The position numbers and the translations under genes were made by a program. Below are positions 49,170-56,163 of a stretch of DNA of 64,000 nucleotides, one piece after another. How positions within the stretch are numbered: position 1 is the stretch's first letter; each line of letters starts with the position of its first letter. The notes beneath the pieces are model-generated. The model saw nothing but the letters and a program-made list of their open reading frames with translations. It ran no database searches and was not told the origin of the DNA. Source of the DNA: Phycisphaerae bacterium. GTDB lineage: Bacteria; Planctomycetota; Phycisphaerae; UBA1845. The stretch spans positions 15,249 to 79,248 of the forward strand of contig JAJDEA010000222.1 in the NCBI GenBank assembly GCA_029260035.1. Direction: 5' to 3'.

Positions 49170-50486
49170 ATGACGACAAACCATACTAACTCTCCCGCTG
49201 ACTCTGACGTTTCTTTTCGCGAAGACGAGGCGTTTGCGATCAAGCTGGATGCGGATGATCCGTTGGCTCACTATCGCGCTCAGTTTCACATTCCGAAACA
49301 ATCAAACGGGGAAGACGTAATTTACTTTGCCGGGAACTCGCTGGGATTACAACCTCGAACCGTTCGGGATTTAATTGGCCAGGAATTGACTGATTGGGCT
49401 AAACTCGGCGTGGACGGGCATTTCGATAGCACCAGGCCTTGGTACTCATATCATGAGATTTTTCGCGATACGGGCGCGAGGCTGGTTGGCGCAAAGCCCG
49501 GCGAAGTCGTCATGATGAACAGCCTGACGATCAATCTGCACCTTATGATGACGACGTTTTTCCGCCCAACGAAAGAACGATTCAAGATCATGATGCAGTC
49601 GCCAGCATTTCCGTCGGACACATACGCCGTGAAGTCGCAGCTTGCCTTTCATGGATTGGACCCTGCAGAGGCGCTAATCATCCTGAAGCCTCGCGAAGAT
49701 GAGCACACGATTCGACTTGAAGATATTGAGCAAACGCTAGCCGAACAGGGCGATAAGATTGCACTTGTCCTTTTTGAAGGAGTCAATTATTTCACGGGTC
49801 AACTCTTCGAAATAGAAAAGATAACGAATCTGGTAAAGCAACATGGATGCGTCATGGGCTGGGATTTGGCGCACGCAGCTGGCAATGTGCCACTTAAATT
49901 GCACCAATGGGACGTCGATTTCGCTGTATGGTGCAATTACAAATATCTTAACGCCGGCCCTGGCGCCGTGGCGGGTTGTTTCGTTCACGAAAAAAATAGC
50001 AAGAACCTGGACCTGCATCGGCTGGCGGGTTGGTGGGGGAACGACCCCAACACACGTTTCCGAATGCACCTTCAGCCTGAATTCGTTCCGCGTCCGGGAG
50101 CAGAGGGCTGGCAGGTAAGCAATCCACCCATTCTCGCGTTAGCGCCAGTAAAAGCATCCATCGATATCTTTGATGAAGTGGGTATGTCGCCACTCCGGCA
50201 GAAATCAACTCAAATGACTGACTACCTGGCATATCTGATTGGCCTGCTTTCAGCCAATCGATTCGAGATCATCACGCCACAGCCAGCAAGTGTTCGAGGG
50301 TGCCAGCTTTCGATCCTGGCCCATGAACGGCCAAGAGAGCTGCACAACGCATTGAATTCAAAGGGTGTTGTATGCGATTTTCGTGAACCAAATGTCATCC
50401 GCGTGGCTCCAGTTCCACTATACAACACATACCACGACGCATGGCGCTTCGCACAGGTATTGGCAAGGCATGTAGAGGCGGGGTAG
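49170..50486 (+). CDS. kynU: kynureninase
   Basis: 438 aa, PLP fold type I, with the conserved blocks IYFAGNSLGLQP, WDLAHAAGN and the PLP-Lys region WCNYKYLNAGPG. Confidence 0.9.
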   Translation: MTTNHTNSPADSDVSFREDEAFAIKLDADDPLAHYRAQFHIPKQSNGEDVIYFAGNSLGLQPRTVRDLIGQELTDWAKLGVDGHFDSTRPWYSYHEIFRDTGARLVGAKPGEVVMMNSLTINLHLMMTTFFRPTKERFKIMMQSPAFPSDTYAVKSQLAFHGLDPAEALIILKPREDEHTIRLEDIEQTLAEQGDKIALVLFEGVNYFTGQLFEIEKITNLVKQHGCVMGWDLAHAAGNVPLKLHQWDVDFAVWCNYKYLNAGPGAVAGCFVHEKNSKNLDLHRLAGWWGNDPNTRFRMHLQPEFVPRPGAEGWQVSNPPILALAPVKASIDIFDEVGMSPLRQKSTQMTDYLAYLIGLLSANRFEIITPQPASVRGCQLSILAHERPRELHNALNSKGVVCDFREPNVIRVAPVPLYNTYHDAWRFAQVLARHVEAG

Positions 50487-50507
50487 GGTCGGTGACTCTC
50501 GGCGTAC

Positions 50508-52655
50508 CTATTCTCGCATCAGTCGATTGACAAACCGTGCAAGTCGCCTCGCGACGCGTTTGGCAACTGGTACGGCTCCACCTTGAAGCAAAACAGAGCC
50601 AGTCATGCCATGGCGAAGGTCGGAAGATTGGGCATCGGGCAGTTCGATAACGATCTCAAAATATGGCTCCGCCGCTTCGTGCGTGTTGGGATCCACTACG
50701 ATATGGCCGCCCGCCAATTGCGTGAGGGATGTCAAACGCACCGTGCGTGACCCGGCTGGGGAAACACTGACTACAATGCCCTCGTATATGTTTGTCGTAT
50801 TCGCTACTGTTCGGAACTTGGCGAAACCACCAATTGTTGGCTTGCTTTGGACATATTGATCTTCCGTAAGAAAAGCATGAACCTGCCAAGTGCCTGATGC
50901 AATCGTCGCAATGGGGTCACCCTCGTTAAGGTAAAGCCCTCGATCTTGCGGCTTCAAGCTGCTGATAATTCTACCTTCGCAAGGTGATTGCACAGCAAGG
51001 TTATCCAGTTTCAATTGGCTGTCTTTCAGGGCTTTTTCCCAGGAATTCGCCCGGTACGCTTCCTGTTGCGCCCTTTCCGGTTCGGTGCCGCGAAAGGCAT
51101 CTCGTCGAATCTGTGTCGCACGAAGATTGGCGCGTGCAAAAGCCACGTCTTGCTTAAGCGTGTCGTTACTGAGCGTCACCAAGGTTTGATCGATACTCGC
51201 ATCATCGCCGAATTGGGACGAAACACCTTCCACAAAGCCCGGCACTTTTGTACGAACGATTGTTTCATTCTCAGTCGTCAACCTTCCGCTGGCGTGAACG
51301 CGCGATGGCAAAGGCACAAATGTCAACAAGCAAGGCACGATAAGGAGGGCAACTACTCCTAACGCGATCGCTCTTTTTCGCACATGCGCGGTTTCCTCCG
51401 CGCGCCACAGGTAACCAATCGTTCTACGCAGCGTCGAAATCACCGTACTTCCGAAATAGAACACCGCCAATGACATACCCAGCAAGAACATTTTGGACGC
51501 CAGGATCGCCGAAATGGCGATCAGCAAAGAGATGCGATAAAGGAAAGCACAGATACCAAAGGAGAGTAGGAGCCAACGGAGTCTCCGGCTGGCGATTTCC
51601 GGCCCGGAGCGAATCCCGAGGAGCCATCGTTTCGCCTTAGCAGTTACATACTGGGCTGATTTTGCGCGAAGATTGGGAACCTCTGTCAAATCGCTAAGTA
51701 TATAGTAACCGTCGTAGCGCATGAGCGGGTTGATGTTGAATAGGACAGTGATGATGCTAGCCAGGAAGATGACGTTGTAGGCTATGCTGTTGACCAATGA
51801 TGGGCCTGTGAACGCCCAAACCAACACCGCCATAGCAGCAGTAAAACTCTCGAAATACATTCCGCCGAAACAGACGATCAAACGATCGAGCTTGCGCGAA
51901 AACCCCCACGAAGCGGTCGCATCCATATATGCGCACGGGGTAAACATGATTAGGTACGCGCCCATTTCGGGCACATGTCCGCCATATTTCTTGCACGCAT
52001 ACGCATGGCCGAACTCGTGGAAGACTTTGAGTGCGATAAGCGTAATCCACATGAGTGCCAGATTTTGACTGGCCATGATACCATGCAACGGTTCGGAGAG
52101 TTCGTGCCATCGCCTAAACGCAACGAAGCCTGCGACACACATCAACATTAGCCAACAGATGAAAGCTGGCCTAGTGAACAATGGCCTTGCGTACTGAATA
52201 GTGCGGTCCAAAAACGCGTTTGGATTCCAAAGTGGAATGCGTATGAAGAGAAACCCCAGGAACTTTTGCTTTCGGCTGGCGCGTTCTCGGGCGCGATAGC
52301 GCTTGTATAGAAGCTTGTGATCTGAAATTGGCAAATGAAGAAGACCAAGCTTGTGAAGGCCCATCACGAACCGATAAAACTTCTCTTCGTCGGTCTCGCG
52401 TAGGATCTTCTTGTCAACGAGGTTTTGAAAATTTTGGCTCAGCGGTTTGTGATCATTTATATTGATCAATACTTGGTAGTTCGCGGGATCGAGACGCTGA
52501 CTTTCAAACGTCACCGGATCGCGAACGATGTAGGATGGCTCACCTCGAAAAACATGACGGCTAACCTCCAGGTCTTCGCGCAGCTTGACCTGAACCGACC
52601 CAAGTTGGCTGGCGAGAGATGAAGCGGCGGGCGAATTGGCGGCACTTACGGCCAT
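50508..52655 (-). CDS. site-2-protease (peptidase M50) family membrane metalloprotease fused to a C-terminal HlyD/MFP-like periplasmic domain
   Basis: Both S2P signatures are present: HEFGHA (HExxH, in a TM helix) and NINPLMRYDGYY (NxxPxxxxDG). Several further TM helices are followed by a ~280-aa barrel/lipoyl-like adaptor domain (GRIISSLKPQDRGLYLNEGDPIATI, GIVVSVSPAG). The start overlaps the upstream gene by 10 nt. Confidence 0.85.
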   Translation of the reverse strand: MAVSAANSPAASSLASQLGSVQVKLREDLEVSRHVFRGEPSYIVRDPVTFESQRLDPANYQVLININDHKPLSQNFQNLVDKKILRETDEEKFYRFVMGLHKLGLLHLPISDHKLLYKRYRARERASRKQKFLGFLFIRIPLWNPNAFLDRTIQYARPLFTRPAFICWLMLMCVAGFVAFRRWHELSEPLHGIMASQNLALMWITLIALKVFHEFGHAYACKKYGGHVPEMGAYLIMFTPCAYMDATASWGFSRKLDRLIVCFGGMYFESFTAAMAVLVWAFTGPSLVNSIAYNVIFLASIITVLFNINPLMRYDGYYILSDLTEVPNLRAKSAQYVTAKAKRWLLGIRSGPEIASRRLRWLLLSFGICAFLYRISLLIAISAILASKMFLLGMSLAVFYFGSTVISTLRRTIGYLWRAEETAHVRKRAIALGVVALLIVPCLLTFVPLPSRVHASGRLTTENETIVRTKVPGFVEGVSSQFGDDASIDQTLVTLSNDTLKQDVAFARANLRATQIRRDAFRGTEPERAQQEAYRANSWEKALKDSQLKLDNLAVQSPCEGRIISSLKPQDRGLYLNEGDPIATIASGTWQVHAFLTEDQYVQSKPTIGGFAKFRTVANTTNIYEGIVVSVSPAGSRTVRLTSLTQLAGGHIVVDPNTHEAAEPYFEIVIELPDAQSSDLRHGMTGSVLLQGGAVPVAKRVARRLARFVNRLMRE

Positions 52656-54589
52656 AGGTGCAACCTGATATAGTCAATTGCCCGGTGTAAGGTGATCCAC
52701 CAGACTCGGCGAGATCCCAATTCGAGTTTCGCTACACCCTCCATACCCGGTCGAAGCCAATCTTGCTCAGCGACGACATCCGCTTCCGCGATATAGACGT
52801 TGATTCCGTTGCGAATTTGAGCCTCGCCGAGAACGCGCGACATACTAAATGGCGTACTTAGCTCCGGTTTAGCAAATGCGGCGAAGCGGCCCGTAAGCTT
52901 CTCGTGCAAGTCCGCAGAACTATGTTCTGGAACCTGCACCTCTAGCGTCCAATGGTCAAGCGGTGCGACGGCAAAGAGCGTCTCGCCTCGCGCAACAACG
53001 CCGCCAATCCGCTGGCGAAGGTCGCCCGTGACGACAACACCGGCAATCGGCGAACGCACCGTAGCCTGCGCGATGCGCCGAGTGACTATATCGAGTTTCG
53101 CCTGAGTAAGAACTTGCTTGGCTCTGGCAAGTTGAACATCGATCGGTAAGTTCGAGGCTAATGCTCGATCCGTTTCTCGCTCCAATACCGCCAGCTCGGC
53201 TTGAAGTTCCACCTGTTGCTGATCCAGTTCTTTGTGATTCAACAGGCACAAAACCTGGCCCGCTTGAACGACTTCGCCTTCGACAATCGAAGCGGACTCA
53301 ACAAGGCCATCGAAAGGCATCGTAAGTTGCCGCAACTGGTGCGGCGTGACGACACATGGAACAGTCAATTCATAATTCATCGACCCGAAGAAGAAGCTTG
53401 CGGTCATAAGAAGCGCAACCGCAACCATGACTTTCAATCCCACGCGATCCGGATGTCTAACCAATGTCGCAAATCGCTTGATTCCGTCCGTAGCATGAGT
53501 GAGAAAGCTTCGACTGGCGCGCCGTGTTAGTTCCAGTGCAGGCGCGTAAGGCTCTACTTTGCTCTTGATATCGTCGAGTTGTCCTGGTTTGAATGGATCA
53601 CTCGCCGGGCGACGAAGGCTTAGAACAGCTATCGTGTGACCGTCTACCGCAAGCGGCATCGACGCGACCGCATCACCATGCGACGCAGAGTGCCATTGTT
53701 TGTGCAGGCGATAGCCGGATAACTTCTCGTCTGTCGCCCAATCGGTTCCCCGCTGATAGGTAATGAGAGCGCTCGCATCGAGGCATTCTTCCATAGCACC
53801 TCGAATCGCGGACACGCCCGGACTCTGCGATTTCACATTGTCAAACCCAGAGATAGAAATTATCCGAATTCTCTTACCCTGAACCAGCCCGAGGGCGACT
53901 TGCTCGCATTGGGCCTTTGTACAAAGATCGTTCGTCAGAGCAAACGCTAATTCTTCCACGGTCGTAAAGGACGCGGCGCGTGACAGTGTCCGGTGGTCGG
54001 TCTGACTGCCAGACGCACGACCTCCTGGTGAATTAGCGCTTGCCGTCGGTTGCGATCGTCCGAGGAACTCGGCACTAAACGACATGAGTCGCGCCAAACT
54101 TTCCAGTTGGTCAAGTTGACGACCCAGCTTGGCTTCATTCGTCGGAGCAATGACAAGCGCAACCGCACCGATTGCCGGGCCGGACGAATCGAAAACCGTA
54201 GCTGACAGGAACGCGACTTTCGTCGCTCCTGTCTTGGATTTGAGCAACTTCGCTCTGGATGTAGGCTCGGCCAGGGATTCCGTCAAGAACTGTTGTAAGC
54301 TGTTCTTCCAAAACTTCGGATCCGTCGGACCAGCGTGCCAATCGTCTTGAATGACCTCGGAAGCGTATCGCACATGCATCGCCGCGTACGGGCATACAAA
54401 GTGCTTGGCTATTACTTTCAGGCACGATTGAAGGAACTGAATGGGTGATACGCTCTTGCGCGCAAGAGAAACGATTTCGGCGTAAGAAGCTCCCTCACGC
54501 TGGGAGTCCGAAGCACTCGTCGAATTCTTGGATGACGATTTTTCCAACTTCGTTTGCACGGATCGTGTCACCTTCCAATCAAAGCCCAA
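52646..54589 (-). CDS. GAF-GAF-TM-HlyD/MFP fusion protein
   Basis: Two cytoplasmic GAF-like modules (~residues 50-175 and 200-350) are followed by one TM helix (VGLKVMVAVALLMTASFFFG). Then comes an MFP domain with a coiled-coil hairpin (QQQVELQAELAVLERETDRALA...LARAKQVLTQAKLDIV) and lipoyl/barrel segments (VRSPIAGVVVTGD). The apparent start is non-ATG (TTG 54589; alternatives GTG 54571 and 54559). Confidence 0.8.
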   Translation of the reverse strand: MGFDWKVTRSVQTKLEKSSSKNSTSASDSQREGASYAEIVSLARKSVSPIQFLQSCLKVIAKHFVCPYAAMHVRYASEVIQDDWHAGPTDPKFWKNSLQQFLTESLAEPTSRAKLLKSKTGATKVAFLSATVFDSSGPAIGAVALVIAPTNEAKLGRQLDQLESLARLMSFSAEFLGRSQPTASANSPGGRASGSQTDHRTLSRAASFTTVEELAFALTNDLCTKAQCEQVALGLVQGKRIRIISISGFDNVKSQSPGVSAIRGAMEECLDASALITYQRGTDWATDEKLSGYRLHKQWHSASHGDAVASMPLAVDGHTIAVLSLRRPASDPFKPGQLDDIKSKVEPYAPALELTRRASRSFLTHATDGIKRFATLVRHPDRVGLKVMVAVALLMTASFFFGSMNYELTVPCVVTPHQLRQLTMPFDGLVESASIVEGEVVQAGQVLCLLNHKELDQQQVELQAELAVLERETDRALASNLPIDVQLARAKQVLTQAKLDIVTRRIAQATVRSPIAGVVVTGDLRQRIGGVVARGETLFAVAPLDHWTLEVQVPEHSSADLHEKLTGRFAAFAKPELSTPFSMSRVLGEAQIRNGINVYIAEADVVAEQDWLRPGMEGVAKLELGSRRVWWITLHRAIDYIRLHLWP

Positions 54590-54597
54590 GTTCAGAG

Positions 54598-55029
54598 CTA
54601 TGACAAAATGCCGGATTCCTGTTCGGTCTGTACATTCTCTGGTAGACAGATCGGCTTGAAAAACGCGAAGCCGGCTTCAAATGCGTCTTCGCGAACAAGC
54701 CTGCATCGGACACACCGTGCAAAAGTCAAGGGTAATGCGAACGAGCTTTTGTCAAATTGCAAACGGAAAATATCACCAACTCCGACGGGAATCGGGAAAA
54801 GTCCGCTACAACCTCCTTGAGAAATGTCGCCCGTGACGCCTTGAACTTTGAACTTCAACATCTCGCTCGAATTACCGGCTTGCAGTACAACGCTGATCTT
54901 GATGGCTAATCGAAAGTGCGCGCGCTGTTGCCGAACTTCTTCCGCGGTGTTCTTACCAAGCTCTTGGAGAAGGTCAAAAGCCGAATCCGCATCAAGAGAT
55001 GTGTTAGGATTTTGAAAATCATCAAACAT
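54598..55029 (-). CDS. stand-alone PilZ domain protein (putative c-di-GMP receptor)
   Basis: Both PilZ signatures are intact: RAHFR (RxxxR) and DISQGG (D/NxSxxG), ~30 residues apart. 143 aa. It lies 5 nt and 8 nt from the flanking MFP genes. Confidence 0.8.
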   Translation of the reverse strand: MFDDFQNPNTSLDADSAFDLLQELGKNTAEEVRQQRAHFRLAIKISVVLQAGNSSEMLKFKVQGVTGDISQGGCSGLFPIPVGVGDIFRLQFDKSSFALPLTFARCVRCRLVREDAFEAGFAFFKPICLPENVQTEQESGILS

Positions 55030-55034
55030 TTCGT

Positions 55035-56036
55035 TTACTCACGATACCCTTTTGACTCATCTTTAGAATCTGTTGGACTACTCTTATGCTGCTGATTGGT
55101 TTGCTGTGCTTCAATGACACGAGACGACAAGTGGTCTCTCTCGCTTACACCTTGCTGAAAATCTACATATACCTTTAGACCGGCTATCCAACGGTCATCC
55201 CTATTGGGTATGGCTAGCTTCACGTTGAACGTTTGACTCGCCCCATCTGCAACCCGGTTAACCAACACAACTTCACCGGCACGGGTTTTCCAGCCTGAGC
55301 TGACTGGATTCACGCTGAGTATGTTTCCTGCGTGGATTTGAGTAGCAAGTGTCAATGGGCAGGCAAATGACACCACAAGCGGGTCGAGCTGAGCCACACG
55401 AACGACGCCTTCTCCTTGTTCGACGGGCTCGCCTTCTTCTTTGAAGACTTCAGCCACATAACCTGAAAAGGGGGCAGAGACAAGGTATTCCGCGAGCGCA
55501 TGCTGCTCACGTTGATAGATCCAGGAATCTACCGTATGGCGAAAATTGGCGAGGTCATATTCGATCTTGTTGATATCGCGTGCAGCAAGGGCGTCACTCA
55601 ATTCCTTGGACGAAGCAGAATCTCCGCCGTAAAGTTTCTCAAGCCGATCCCAATCACGCCTGGCCCGTTCCCATTTCGTCTTGGCCAGTTCAATAGCGAG
55701 CGTTGATTCTGCTACCGTTTTTGCTTTCTCAGTTTGGGCGCGCTGCACACGATCATCAAGAACGAATAGGATCTGCCCCTTTTCTATGCTGTCGCCTTCT
55801 TCGACGGCGATGTGGCTGATAAGCGTGGGTCTCGCCGCACCCAGCATCGCTTCACGAACAGGCATCGTAAGCCCGAAAACTCTGACCGCGGAATTCGACG
55901 CAGGCGTGGCGGTAACCGCTTGCTGAGCAGATGATGTTGATTCTCCGATTACAACGAAAGAGAGAATCAACACGACATACTGCCAGGCAATAGGTATCTT
56001 ACAGGTTGCTTTCTTGACGCGGGTTCCGTTCCGCAT
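55035..56036 (-). CDS. HlyD/RND-type membrane fusion (periplasmic adaptor) protein
   Basis: N-terminal TM/signal anchor, a lipoyl-like motif (ISHIAVEEGDSIEKGQILFVLD...VSAPFSGYVAEVFKEEGEPVEQGEGVVRV), a coiled-coil hairpin and a beta-barrel domain. Confidence 0.8.
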   Translation of the reverse strand: MRNGTRVKKATCKIPIAWQYVVLILSFVVIGESTSSAQQAVTATPASNSAVRVFGLTMPVREAMLGAARPTLISHIAVEEGDSIEKGQILFVLDDRVQRAQTEKAKTVAESTLAIELAKTKWERARRDWDRLEKLYGGDSASSKELSDALAARDINKIEYDLANFRHTVDSWIYQREQHALAEYLVSAPFSGYVAEVFKEEGEPVEQGEGVVRVAQLDPLVVSFACPLTLATQIHAGNILSVNPVSSGWKTRAGEVVLVNRVADGASQTFNVKLAIPNRDDRWIAGLKVYVDFQQGVSERDHLSSRVIEAQQTNQQHKSSPTDSKDESKGYRE

Positions 56037-56082
56037 GAGTCATCCGCTTGACAAATACTGCGCAAGAGTTCCGATAAATGAA

Positions 56083-56099
56083 GGCGCATTTTGCGCGCC
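56083..56099 (-). terminator. weak hairpin in the 127-nt gap between the large secreted-protein gene and the MFP gene (possible attenuator/partial terminator)
   Basis: On the minus strand the sequence reads GGCGC-GCAAAAT-GCGCC followed by TTCATTTAT. The stem is only 5 bp. Confidence 0.25.
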
Positions 56100-56163
56100 C
56101 TCCTCTCGATCTTGTCGGCAGTTCATACAGGCGAATTGAAAGCATCTCGTGCCGCCGTTTTGG

